A stretch of 64,000 nucleotides of DNA from positions 4,425 to 68,424 of the IMG/VR virus record IMGVR_UViG_2887198475_000005; one strand, given 5' to 3'. A model generated the notes under the pieces. That model searched no databases and was not told the origin of the DNA. It worked only from the letters and a program-made list of their open reading frames with translations. This document shows positions 25,404 to 35,140 of this stretch, one piece after another. A program made the translations under genes and the position numbers. Position 1 is the first letter of the stretch. Every line of letters begins with the position of its first letter. The stretch is from a virus. Its lineage: Duplodnaviria; Caudoviricetes.

Positions 25404-27376
25404 TGCAGAACTTCCTTCGGAACGCAGGCATTTCCCGCCGCCCCGGCGACGACCGCGCGCAGCTCGTCGCCCGTCAATACCTCACGGACCGCCAGTGCCT
25501 CGGCGACGGCCTCGACCTCCGCGCGCCGCCGCCGAACGACATCAATGGCGGCGGCATAGGCGTCGGCGAGCCGCGCCTCGACGCGCTCCGCGAGCGCGCG
25601 GTTTAGCCCGAGCAGCGAGCCGACATTCTCTGCGGTCGGGTCCGCAATCCACGTCAGCCGACCTCCGAGCCCCCAGGCCGCCTCTGCCGACGCGGCGATC
25701 ACTGTCGCTTGCGAGAGGTCCGAGCTAGCCGAGCCGCCTGCGCCGCCACCCGGTTCGCCGAGCAGGACTTCCTCGGCGGCGCGCCCGGCCATCAGGTCGA
25801 CGAGGACCGCGCGGACGTCGGCGGCGGTTGTGGCCATCCTGGGGGCGTCGCTTTCAATGGCCCCGGCCATCGTCCCAGTTGCTCGGATGCCCACGTGCCA
25901 CACACGGCGGCCGTGCTGCATCATGACGACGGCGTGCCCCGCCTCGTGGACAGCCGCCCGCCGCAGGATTTCCGGTGAACGCTTGCCGCCCTCGTTGTCG
26001 CGGATTTCCGCGATCAGGTCGGCCAGCACGAGGCGGCGCCCGGCGTGCCGGGCACGGCGGCGAGCGCCGCGGGACCACCGCTCGCAGTCAGCGCCGGAGC
26101 CGCCCAAGGCAAGGCGGGCGGCCTGGGAAAGATCGAGGCCGTCCGCATCGGCGCCGAGGTGCTCTTGCAGGATGCGCTCAAGCGCCGGGGCGTCCGGCAA
26201 GCCCAGGCGCAGCACGCGGTCGAGGCGGCCAGCGCGACGCAGGGCGGGGTCAACGCGCTCGGGGAAGTTGCTGGCCGCGAGCACGATGACGCCCTCGCGA
26301 GATGCAAGGCCGTCCATCTCCGCGAGGAGCGCGTTCGTCAGCGGGGCGAACCAGCTTTCGTTGTGGCCCGCCTGACCGCGGCCGATGAGCGAGTCGATTT
26401 CGTCGATGAAGAGAATGCAGGGCGCCTGCGAGCGCGCGAGCGCGAAGTCCTGGCGCATGCGGCCAATAATCTCGGTGTAGCTGCCCTTGCCGTCCTCGCC
26501 GCTTTTCCATTTGCTGTAGCTGGCGGGAATCAATGGCACGCCCGCACTTGCAGCGAGCGCGGCCGCGAACGTGGTCTTGCCGCAGCCGGGTGGCCCGCAC
26601 AGCAGCGCGCCGCGGTCCATGTCCTTCCACGCCAGCCGTCCGGCCTGGCAGTCGGCGATGTCGCGGCAGGTAGAATTGCCCCACGCAACCGCTTCATCGC
26701 AGCCATGCAGGCGGGCCAAGGTCCACTCGGAACGTGCGTGTTTGGGGCGCTCAACGAGTTCCCCGAGGCGGCGCACGTAGTCCGCGGACGCCATGCTTGG
26801 CCGCCATGCCAGCCGCATCACGACGGGTGTCAGGTGGCGCGCCACGTCGTCGGGCACGCCTGCAGCGTCTCCAGAGGTCATCTTGGCGACGACAGAGGCG
26901 ACGACGGCGCTCGTGATTTCGGAGCAGTCGAGCGTTGCCTGGGCGGCGCGCAGGAGCACGGAGGGGAAATCCGTGTCCAGGCGTGCCGACACGAGCACGA
27001 GCATGCCGTCCTTGTTGCCGAGACGCATGGCGTTATTGATGGCGTCAGTGTGTTCGGACGGGGATACCCGTGCCCGGTCACTTCCAAAGCGGTCAGGCCG
27101 CTTGAGGACTTTGCATACCCCGACGCTGGGGATGGCGCACGCCTTGGTCTCGACCACATCAGCGAGTGCTGACGTCCATTCGTCCGACGGTGAGCGTACG
27201 ACTACGATGGACGCGTTCGCCCAGTCGGGCGCGCGCTCGATTGCAGCGGCCGTTAGGGCGTCGACGAGCAGACGCGCCGGGTCGGGCGGCAGCCGGAGGT
27301 CCGCGGCAATCTGAGCTTCGATGGTGGCGATATCAACGTCTTCGACGTCGTCTTCGTCGGAAGGCATAGCAGGCAC
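25400..27376 (-). CDS. Soluble FtsH-like AAA+ ATPase / M41 metalloprotease
   Basis: GPPGCGKT, FIDEID, AASN, DPALRRAGRLD, HEAGH, MAGRAAEE, SDL; no transmembrane segments visible. Confidence 0.9.
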   Translation of the reverse strand: MPAMPSDEDDVEDVDIATIEAQIAADLRLPPDPARLLVDALTAAAIERAPDWANASIVVVRSPSDEWTSALADVVETKACAIPSVGVCKVLKRPDRFGSDRARVSPSEHTDAINNAMRLGNKDGMLVLVSARLDTDFPSVLLRAAQATLDCSEITSAVVASVVAKMTSGDAAGVPDDVARHLTPVVMRLAWRPSMASADYVRRLGELVERPKHARSEWTLARLHGCDEAVAWGNSTCRDIADCQAGRLAWKDMDRGALLCGPPGCGKTTFAAALAASAGVPLIPASYSKWKSGEDGKGSYTEIIGRMRQDFALARSQAPCILFIDEIDSLIGRGQAGHNESWFAPLTNALLAEMDGLASREGVIVLAASNFPERVDPALRRAGRLDRVLRLGLPDAPALERILQEHLGADADGLDLSQAARLALGGSGADCERWSRGARRRARHAGRRLVLADLIAEIRDNEGGKRSPEILRRAAVHEAGHAVVMMQHGRRVWHVGIRATGTMAGAIESDAPRMATTAADVRAVLVDLMAGRAAEEVLLGEPGGGAGGSASSDLSQATVIAASAEAAWGLGGRLTWIADPTAENVGSLLGLNRALAERVEARLADAYAAAIDVVRRRRAEVEAVAEALAVREVLTGDELRAVVAGAAGNACVPKEVLQ

Positions 27377-27573
27377 TCCGCAGGTGTGCGGGGCGGCGCG
27401 CCCCGTTGCGGGCGGCCGAGGCTTTTGGGCGGCTACAAGGCCGCGCGATTGCCTATGAGATGTGCCATGGCGACTTGATACATCGACTTTCCCGCTACGT
27501 CAACGAAACGGGCATCTGGTCTCTTGCAAGCCAGCGCTCAACGTTTGGAGAGCGCAGCATAAGGGAGGAAAGC

Positions 27574-28449
27574 ATGCGCGGAATCATTGCACGCGTGGCC
27601 GCGGCGGTCGCCGCCGCGTTCCGCACGGTCACCCGGGGCGTCACGCGCACCGTGTGGCGTGGTGGCAAGTGGATCGCAGAGCAGGCGTACGAGCACGTCT
27701 TGATGCCGGTTGGCCACGCCGCCGTCGATCTCGGTGAGGGCTTCGTTGATGGCGTGACAGAGGCACCTCGCGCGGCATGGAAGGCGGCACGGTTCGCCGT
27801 CGAGAGCCCCGTCGCGGCAGCCGCGTGGTGCTGCAGGCTGCCCGTCCGGGCCGCCAAGGGAGCCGCCGGCGCGGTCGTCGGGGCGGCTGGCCTCGTCGGG
27901 GCGGCAGTCACCGGGACCGCCGGCGCGGTTGGCAGGACCGCTGGCGCAGTGCTGGACGGCATGCGCGGCGGCGCGCCAGTTGCCCCCGTGCCGCAACCGG
28001 CTGCCCCAGCTCGGGACTCTGACACCGAGCGACGGGCATCGCGCATATCGCACGCGCACGCTGTCCGTAGTGTGGCGGCCGCATTGGCCGAGGGGATGGC
28101 ACCGGATCCGGCTGCCGTCAGCCGCATCGTGCCTGACGTGCAGGAGTGGCTCTCCGGTCTCTCCCGCCCATCCCTGGCACGCGTGGCGGCATGCACGGCC
28201 GGAAGGATCGCCGGGCATCTCGACGGCACCGCACTGCTGCCCGATGTGCCACCCGTCGGAAGCGCCGACGCCCCCTCCGCTCCGGCTGCTGAGCAGGCAC
28301 GGGCGCAGGCGCGCCGCATCCAGGAGATCCGCCAACTCGCTCAAGAGCGGCGCACCGGGCGCGGTCCCGTGGCTGATGCCAACGCCGCTGCCGAGGCCGA
28401 GTGGCGCCGAGGGTGGGAAGCCGCAGCCCGCATCGGGGAGACGACCTGA
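27574..28449 (+). CDS. Hypothetical Ala-rich protein
   Basis: GGGAGG RBS; divergent from the FtsH-like gene; followed by a terminator. Confidence 0.65.
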   Translation: MRGIIARVAAAVAAAFRTVTRGVTRTVWRGGKWIAEQAYEHVLMPVGHAAVDLGEGFVDGVTEAPRAAWKAARFAVESPVAAAAWCCRLPVRAAKGAAGAVVGAAGLVGAAVTGTAGAVGRTAGAVLDGMRGGAPVAPVPQPAAPARDSDTERRASRISHAHAVRSVAAALAEGMAPDPAAVSRIVPDVQEWLSGLSRPSLARVAACTAGRIAGHLDGTALLPDVPPVGSADAPSAPAAEQARAQARRIQEIRQLAQERRTGRGPVADANAAAEAEWRRGWEAAARIGETT

Positions 28450-28478
28450 CGCTCGCGGTCCACCGCAAGCGTAACCAC

Positions 28479-28511
28479 AGCCGCCCTGCCACTCGGGGCG
28501 GCTTTCTCTTT
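28479..28511 (+). terminator. Rho-independent terminator
   Basis: AGCCGCCC/GGGCGGCT stem followed by TTCTCTTT. Confidence 0.7.
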
Positions 28512-28513
28512 GG

Positions 28514-28768
28514 TCAGTCCCACCCGCGCGCAATCATGTCCGCGCGGTCGCACAGCGCGAGATACCAGTGCGCATTCGTGCGCCGCCGACTCTCTTCCGA
28601 CAGCCGCGCGCACTCGCGAGCGTGCCATGCCTCCCAGGCCGCCCGGTTCTCCGCCTCCGCGCGCCGCCGTTCGGCGACCGCCTGGATGCCCGCGAACAGC
28701 CCGGCCGCGACGAGGCCGACACCGGCACCCACAGCGAGATTCAGCCCACCCATTTCGTCGCGAGTCAT
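28514..28768 (-). CDS. Small membrane-anchored hypothetical protein
   Basis: N-terminal hydrophobic helix; AGGAGG RBS; own promoter-like region. Confidence 0.55.
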   Translation of the reverse strand: MTRDEMGGLNLAVGAGVGLVAAGLFAGIQAVAERRRAEAENRAAWEAWHARECARLSEESRRRTNAHWYLALCDRADMIARGWD

Positions 28769-28805
28769 CTTCCACCTCCTGCGGCCAAGGGCACGAACGG
28801 CCGCG

Positions 28806-28921
28806 TACCTTATATATGTGCGCGGTTGTGCCAGGAGTCAACAGATTTACAATATTCCTGGTAGGCGGCGCACGACAGTGCTTGACGGCTGCAACAGAAA
28901 TCGGGTAGTTTTTGCTATCAT
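28806..28921. promoter_or_regulatory. Divergent sigma70-like promoter region (rightward promoter may drive the late operon)
   Basis: AT-rich island; leftward TTGACT (28841-28836) with TATATA; rightward TTGACG (28882) with TAGTTT/TATCAT. Confidence 0.55.
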
Positions 28922-29196
28922 CTCATTCGTGCGTACGGACGCCCGCGGTCCTCCCAGGCCAGGCAGCCCGCAAACTCCAGGCGGCCAGCGCATGCGCGGC
29001 CGCCTTCCCCTTTTCCGCCGTGCCGACCGTGCGGCTCCCCCGCGGTCGCACCATTGAGCCGCCCCTGGGCCTGGGCGGCCAGGGGACCGGGCGGCGCCGC
29101 CGTGGGCCACGCTGTAGGGGCGACGAGCACGGAGCCCGGGGCACCGGCCCGGGAGAATTCAGGCGGCCCGCCACGCTCTCGGCCGCTGCATAGGGG

Positions 29197-29631
29197 ATGG
29201 ACATCATGCTGCCGCTCGACATCGCCGCATTTTCGTTCGCGAACGGAATCCCGGTCGCCGCTGGCTTCGCCGTCGGCGCAGCCGTCACCGCGACGACCCC
29301 GGCGCTGATCGCTGCCGTCCGGTGCGCCCGGTCGGCGCTGGCCGCGAAGGTGGCCGCAGCCAAAGCCGTCGCCGAAGAGCGCGCAGCCGCCGCGGAAGCT
29401 GGCATCGCCGCCGAGAAGGCCAAGGCGACCGCCGAGCTGCAGGCGCTCATCAACGGCGCCGTGGGCAGCGCCCTGGCCTCCGTGCGCGCCGAGCTGGGCG
29501 CCGCGCAGGCCGCCCTCGCGGCGTTGCAGGCGGCTGCGTCCGCTCCGGCGGCCGCCACGGTGTCCGCGCCGGCCGTCGTGGTCGAGGCGCCCCTGGTCGC
29601 TGTTTCGGCGACCGCAGCTCCGCAGGGCTGA
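29197..29631 (+). CDS. Ala-rich hypothetical protein with N-terminal hydrophobic segment
   Basis: ORF upstream of the terminase; coiled-coil-like. Confidence 0.55.
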   Translation: MDIMLPLDIAAFSFANGIPVAAGFAVGAAVTATTPALIAAVRCARSALAAKVAAAKAVAEERAAAAEAGIAAEKAKATAELQALINGAVGSALASVRAELGAAQAALAALQAAASAPAAATVSAPAVVVEAPLVAVSATAAPQG

Positions 29632-29777
29632 CACAACACCAACCAGCTTGCGCCGCCCACGCCACCGCGGTCCTCCCCCGCGCAGACACGGCGGGTAATA
29701 GCCGCCCTGAAGCGGCGGGCCGGCGCATCCCCCTACCCGCCGCCGGGCGGGCATACAGCCGCCCGGGAGCGTGACCG

Positions 29778-30320
29778 ATGGCGAAGAACATCAGCCGCCG
29801 CCGCGCGCCAAACGACCACAGGCGCGCCCTCTTCGTCGCCGAGTATCTCAAGGATCTCAACGCGGTTCAGGCGGCGATCCGCGCCGGATACGAGCCCAGC
29901 ACGGCCGAGCGGTGCGCCTGGCAAATCATGCGCTACCCGGACGTGAAAGCGGCCATCGAAGATGCGATGGCGGACCGCCTCACGCGCATGAAGGCAACCG
30001 CCGACGCCGCGGTGGCCGACCTATTCCGGCGCGCCCGCTACGACCCGCTGGACTACGCCGACATCACCTGCCCGGCCGACCTCGCCAAGCTCACCCCTGA
30101 GCAGCGGGTTCCCATCGAGGGGTGGAGCTACGACCGGGCGGGCAACTTCATCCTCAAGCTGTCCTCGAAGACGTCGAACGGCGAGACGCTGCTCCGTCAC
30201 CTCGGCCAGCTCAAGGACAAGGTCGACCTCGAACACAGCGGCCCTGGCGGCGGCGCCATCCCGACTTCGCTGGAGATCCGGTTCGTGAGGCCGCCTGATG
30301 GGAACGGCAGCAGCGATTGA
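29778..30320 (+). CDS. terS: Terminase small subunit
   Basis: LFVAEYLKDLNAVQAAIRAGY signature; EHSGPGGG C-terminus. Confidence 0.92.
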   Translation: MAKNISRRRAPNDHRRALFVAEYLKDLNAVQAAIRAGYEPSTAERCAWQIMRYPDVKAAIEDAMADRLTRMKATADAAVADLFRRARYDPLDYADITCPADLAKLTPEQRVPIEGWSYDRAGNFILKLSSKTSNGETLLRHLGQLKDKVDLEHSGPGGGAIPTSLEIRFVRPPDGNGSSD

Positions 30321-31551
30321 GTTCCCGGCGAAGCTGGATTTCCTGTTCGAGCCAGCCCCATTCAAGGTTCTGCACGGAGGGCGCGGCAGCTCAAAATCGT
30401 GGAGCGTGGCGCGCGCTCTGCTGATACTCGGCGCCCAGCGCCCTCTTCGAATCCTGTGCGCCCGCGAGTACCAGACGTCGATCAAGGAGTCCGTCCACAA
30501 GCTCCTGTCCGACCAAATCGAGATGCTCGGCCTGCGGCATCTCTACACGGTGCAGGAGAAGACGATTTTCGGCGCTAACGGCACCGAGTTCATCTTCGCC
30601 GGGATGCACCTGAACAGCAACAAGATACGGTCGACCGAAGGTGTCAACATAACCTGGGTCGAAGAGGCCCAGGTCGTATCGAAGGAATCCTGGGAGGCAC
30701 TCCTGCCGACCGTGATGCGGCGGGACGGCTCGGAGATATGGATCACCTTCAACCCGGACCTTGAGACCGACGAAACCTACAAGCAGTTCGTCCTGTCCCC
30801 GCCGCCCGGCGCCATCGTCCAGCAGGTCAACTACTACGACAACCCGTGGTTCCCCAAAAGGCTGCTCCCGCTGGTCGAGCACCTCAAAGCCACGGACCTC
30901 GACGCATATGCCAACGTCTACCTTGGGGAGTGCCGCAAGAACGTCGTCGGCGCGCTCTGGACGAAGGAGATGCTGGCCTACCTCCGGGAGCCAGCCGTCG
31001 AGGACATCGCCGCACGCGAGGCCATGCGCGCACGCATGGCGCGCATCGTGGTCGCCGTGGACCCCTCGGGCTGCTCCGGGCCAGACGACAAGCGCTCCGA
31101 CGAGATCGGGATCGTCGTGGTCGGCCTCGGCCGCGACGGGATCGCAGTCGTCCTCGAGGACCTGTCGGGGCGCTTCTCGCCGGACGGCTGGGCCAAGAGG
31201 GCGCTCGACGCCTTCGACGCCTGGCGCGCCGACCGCATTGTCGCGGAGAAGAACTTCGGCGGGGCGATGGTCGAAAGCACGATCCAGACGGCAAGGCGCA
31301 ACGCACCAGTCAAGCTGGTGACCGCATCCCACGGCAAGCTGCAGCGCGCCGAGCCGATAGCCGCCCTCTACGAGCAGAAGAAGGTGCACCATGCCGGGGC
31401 CTTTCCGGATCTGGAGCAGCAGCTCTGCCACTTCAGCACCGCCGGCTACCAGGGCAAGCGGTCCCCCGACCACGCGGACGCCTGCATTTGGGGGCTTACC
31501 GAACTGATGCTCGGCGATTCGACCTATGACACCAGCATGAACTGGGTTTGA
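30298..31551 (+). CDS. terL: Terminase large subunit (PBSX-like)
   Basis: HGGRGSSKS, WVEEA, TFNP, VAVDP, EKNFGG, PDHADA. Confidence 0.95.
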   Translation: MGTAAAIEFPAKLDFLFEPAPFKVLHGGRGSSKSWSVARALLILGAQRPLRILCAREYQTSIKESVHKLLSDQIEMLGLRHLYTVQEKTIFGANGTEFIFAGMHLNSNKIRSTEGVNITWVEEAQVVSKESWEALLPTVMRRDGSEIWITFNPDLETDETYKQFVLSPPPGAIVQQVNYYDNPWFPKRLLPLVEHLKATDLDAYANVYLGECRKNVVGALWTKEMLAYLREPAVEDIAAREAMRARMARIVVAVDPSGCSGPDDKRSDEIGIVVVGLGRDGIAVVLEDLSGRFSPDGWAKRALDAFDAWRADRIVAEKNFGGAMVESTIQTARRNAPVKLVTASHGKLQRAEPIAALYEQKKVHHAGAFPDLEQQLCHFSTAGYQGKRSPDHADACIWGLTELMLGDSTYDTSMNWV

Positions 31552-31558
31552 GGGCGCG

Positions 31559-33478
31559 ATGGCACACGCACTCTATGACGCCATCGACGCGACCGCCGCA
31601 GGCCGCCTGGCACACATCAGCCAAGGCAGTCTTGATCCAATCTCGGCGGACGCGGCTCTGTCCGACAGCCTGCGGAACCTGGTGTCCGGACTCGGCACGG
31701 AACGCGACAAGGCCACCCACGGGCGTTTCGCGAACGAGTGGCTCGACAAGTTCCAGCTGGACGCGATGTATCAGTCCGACTGGCTGGCCGGGAAAATCAT
31801 CGACGCCCCTGCCGACGACATGACGCGCGAATGGCGGACATGGAACGGTCCAGCGAGGGCCGTGGCTGCCGTCGATGACGCCGAGGAGGACTTGCGCGTC
31901 AGGGAGCGGGTCAACCACGTGCTCAAGCTGGCCCGCCTCTACGGCGGCGCCGGAATCTACATCGGCGTCGGCGAGGATGCCGATCCGGCCAAGGAGCTCG
32001 ATGTCGCCTCCATCCAGCGCGGAGACATCAGGTATCTGCATGTCCTGAGCCGCTACGAACTCTGGGCGGGCAACATCGACCGCGATCCGGTGTCCCCGTA
32101 CTTCGGCGAGCCTGAGTACTACATGATGTCGTCACCGACCGCAGGGGGCGTGCGGATACATCCCTCGAGGGTGGTTCGCTTCCTCGGTCAGGCCCGCCTT
32201 GAGCTGAGCAGGCAGGTCGACGGCTGGGGGCTTCCGGTCCTCCAGCGCCTCTACGACGCCATTCGCGACGCCGTGGCATCCAACCAGGGTCTCGCGGCCA
32301 TGGTGCAGGAGGCCAAGGTCGACGTCATCAAGGTCAAGGGACTGACGCAGAACGCGGTCGACGAGGGTTGGAGGCGCCGGACGCTGGCGCGGTTCTCCCT
32401 TGCGAACCAGGCCAAGAGCCTGGTCGGAGCGATGCTCCTCGATGCCGAGGAAGCATGGGAACAGAAGAAGCTGTCCCTGGCCGACATGCCCAAGGTCATC
32501 TCCACCTTCCTGGAGATCGCTTCTGGCGCGGCCGACATGCCGGTATCCCGCCTGCTCGGAACCGCTCCTGGCGGCCTGAACAGCACGGGCGAAGCCGACA
32601 TCCGCCACTACTACGATTCCATATCCGCGAGGCAGCGAACCGAGCTGTCGCCTGGCCTGCGCAGGCTGGACGAGGCCATCAAGCGGCACGCGGGGGTCGG
32701 CAAGCGGTCCGTCTCCTATACGTGGAATTCGCTGTGGCAGATGACCGACGCCGAGCGCGCGGACATCGGGCTCAAGAACGCGCAGCGCACGCAGGTCGTC
32801 CGGCAGACCGGCCTTGTCCCCGTTCGGGCACTGGCACAGGCCGAGCGCTCGCGCCTCGTGCAATCAGGGGAATTCCCCGCCCTCGAGGACGCGCTGCAGC
32901 AGTCCGAGGCTCGTCGCGATCCCGACTTCACGATGCCCTCTGCAAGCGCCCAGGCCCCCTCGGAACCGAGGCCGTCTCCAAGGCCGATCGAGGCCGGAGA
33001 CGCCGCAGGCCGCCCGAGGACGCTCTATGTCAGCCGCCCCGTGCTTAACGCCGCCGACATCATCGCATGGGCCCGGTCCCATGGGTTTGCCTCGACGCTT
33101 GAGGCCGACGACCTGCATGTAACGGTCGCATTCTCCCGCAAGCCACTGGATTGGGCGGCGGTCGGGAGCGACTGGGAGACCGTCTCCGTGGCACCGGGCG
33201 GCAAGCGCCAGGTGAAAGCGCTCGGAGACAAGGGGGCGGTCGTTCTTCGGTTCGACAGCGGCGCGCTGACGGAGCGCTGGCGGCAGATCATCGCCGCCGG
33301 GGCCTCGTGGGACCACGACGGCTTCCAGCCGCACGTGACCATCACCTACGCAGGCGGCGACGTCGATCCGGCCTCCGTGCAGCCATACGACGGCCCACTC
33401 GTCCTTGGGGCCGAGCGGTTCGCGGAGGTCAACGAGGACTGGCTGGCCAGAGTCCGCGAAGAGCCGGCTGGCTCGTAG
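31559..33478 (+). CDS. Portal protein (DUF1073-like) fused to an Acb1-like 2H phosphoesterase
   Basis: ARLYGGA, RIHPSR, SRLLGTAPGGLNSTGEADIRHYYD; C-terminal DDLHVTVAFS and FQPHVTITY. Confidence 0.88.
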   Translation: MAHALYDAIDATAAGRLAHISQGSLDPISADAALSDSLRNLVSGLGTERDKATHGRFANEWLDKFQLDAMYQSDWLAGKIIDAPADDMTREWRTWNGPARAVAAVDDAEEDLRVRERVNHVLKLARLYGGAGIYIGVGEDADPAKELDVASIQRGDIRYLHVLSRYELWAGNIDRDPVSPYFGEPEYYMMSSPTAGGVRIHPSRVVRFLGQARLELSRQVDGWGLPVLQRLYDAIRDAVASNQGLAAMVQEAKVDVIKVKGLTQNAVDEGWRRRTLARFSLANQAKSLVGAMLLDAEEAWEQKKLSLADMPKVISTFLEIASGAADMPVSRLLGTAPGGLNSTGEADIRHYYDSISARQRTELSPGLRRLDEAIKRHAGVGKRSVSYTWNSLWQMTDAERADIGLKNAQRTQVVRQTGLVPVRALAQAERSRLVQSGEFPALEDALQQSEARRDPDFTMPSASAQAPSEPRPSPRPIEAGDAAGRPRTLYVSRPVLNAADIIAWARSHGFASTLEADDLHVTVAFSRKPLDWAAVGSDWETVSVAPGGKRQVKALGDKGAVVLRFDSGALTERWRQIIAAGASWDHDGFQPHVTITYAGGDVDPASVQPYDGPLVLGAERFAEVNEDWLARVREEPAGS

Positions 33479-33489
33479 GAGTTCACCAC

Positions 33490-34677
33490 ATGGACTTTGT
33501 TGATAGCGTGGAACTCGCGGGAACCCGCGTGACCAGGGACGGCTACCTTGTCGCGGATGTCCGCGTCGCAAGGCGAGGCATCCAGGTTTACGCTGGCAGG
33601 GAGGTCGGGTGCCCCGAACTCGCCACGGTCCGCGTCCTCCGCCCGGCCGACGAGGTTTTCTCGGCTGACTCCATGGCGAGCGCGGCCTACCGCCCGGTGA
33701 CGGTCGAACATCCGCCAGGAATGGTCGACGCAAGGAACTGGAAGGCCGTCACTGTCGGCTTCACGGGTGGTGAGGTGGCGCGTGACGGCGATTTCCTTCG
33801 GGTGCCGTTGCTCGTCGCCGACGCGGACGCCATCGCCGATGTGCGCGACGGCAAGCGGGAGCTCTCCGCAGGCTACACGGCAAAGATCGTCTTCGAACCT
33901 GGCGAGACGCCTGAGGGCGAGGCGTTCGACGCCCGTCTCGCAGACATCGCGCTCAACCATGTCGCAATCGTCGACGCAGGCCGGGCGGGTCCGCAGTGCC
34001 GCATCGGCGACGCCTCGCCAACTGCGGTCCTTCAGCACCACAAAGAGGAACCCAAGATGGATCTGCTGACCATCCTGGTGGACGGCGCGTCCATCCAGAC
34101 CACTGCCGACGGCGCAAAGGCCGTCGAGGCGCTCACGGCGGCGCTCCGCGACGCCAAGACCAGGGCCGACAAGGCCGAGGGCGACATTGCCGCGCTCGCC
34201 GCAAGACACGGCTCCGCCATCGAAGCCAAGGATGGCGAAATGGCGGCGCTGGCCGCCGCGCACAAGGCGGCCATCGAAGCCAAGGACGGCGAGATCGCTG
34301 CCCTGGCGGCCCGCATCCCGGATGTCGCCGCGTTCGACGCGGCCATCGCAGCGCGCTCGGCACTCATCGACAGCGCCAGGAAGCTGCTCGGGAGCGACTA
34401 CGCCTTCGCGGGCAAGACCGAGGCCGACATCCGGCGGGCCGCTGTCGCGAAGCGCCTCGGCGACAAGGCGGTCGATGGGCGATCTGACGACTATGTGGTG
34501 GCCGCCTTCGACACGCTGGTTGCATCCGCCGCCGCCGCGCCCCCCGACCCGGTGCGCGATGCCATCCGCACACAGGCGCCTGTGACCGTGGGCGACTCCA
34601 TCCAGGGGCGCGCCGACGCGTACCGCGAGTACGTCGAGTACCTCAAGAGCGCCCACAAGGCCCAGGAGACGAACTAA
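33490..34677 (+). CDS. Prohead protease/scaffold (DUF2213-like)
   Basis: DGYL, PVTVEHP, RELSAGY, NHVAIVDAGRAGPQCRIGD; helical C-terminal half. Confidence 0.9.
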   Translation: MDFVDSVELAGTRVTRDGYLVADVRVARRGIQVYAGREVGCPELATVRVLRPADEVFSADSMASAAYRPVTVEHPPGMVDARNWKAVTVGFTGGEVARDGDFLRVPLLVADADAIADVRDGKRELSAGYTAKIVFEPGETPEGEAFDARLADIALNHVAIVDAGRAGPQCRIGDASPTAVLQHHKEEPKMDLLTILVDGASIQTTADGAKAVEALTAALRDAKTRADKAEGDIAALAARHGSAIEAKDGEMAALAAAHKAAIEAKDGEIAALAARIPDVAAFDAAIAARSALIDSARKLLGSDYAFAGKTEADIRRAAVAKRLGDKAVDGRSDDYVVAAFDTLVASAAAAPPDPVRDAIRTQAPVTVGDSIQGRADAYREYVEYLKSAHKAQETN

Positions 34678-35126
34678 TGCCTGCCGTCCAGACCGCCTAC
34701 CAGGGCCAGCACGCTGCGGCGTTCGCGGGCCTCGTTGCCGATTCCGGCAGCACCGTCGTCATCTCCCGCGTCGTCGAGAGCCCGAACGGAATGCAGTTCG
34801 GCGCTGTTGCGCTGCAGGGCGTCGCCGACAACGGCATCCTTGACGTCGGCGACGTGAACGCCGGGGCCTTCCGAGGCATCACCGTCGTCGACCCGCTTGT
34901 GCGCCCGGTGAACAACGACGCTTACGGGCTCGGCGACACGGCCGCCGTCCTCGTCAAGGGCGTCGTGTGGGTTACGGTCGCCGCGGCGGTCACCGCCGGG
35001 CAGCCCGTCTACTACTCGTCCACCGGCGCCCTCACCAACGTGGCGGCATCCGACACGGCCATCCCCAATGCCATCTTCGACAGCTCCGCCGCCGCCGGCG
35101 GCTTGGCGAAGGTCCGGCTGAACTAA
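34677..35126 (+). CDS. Head decoration/cement protein
   Basis: Position between scaffold and capsid genes; KGVVWV...AGQPVY motif. Confidence 0.75.
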   Translation: MPAVQTAYQGQHAAAFAGLVADSGSTVVISRVVESPNGMQFGAVALQGVADNGILDVGDVNAGAFRGITVVDPLVRPVNNDAYGLGDTAAVLVKGVVWVTVAAAVTAGQPVYYSSTGALTNVAASDTAIPNAIFDSSAAAGGLAKVRLN

Positions 35127-35140
35127 AGAGGTCCTCAGGC

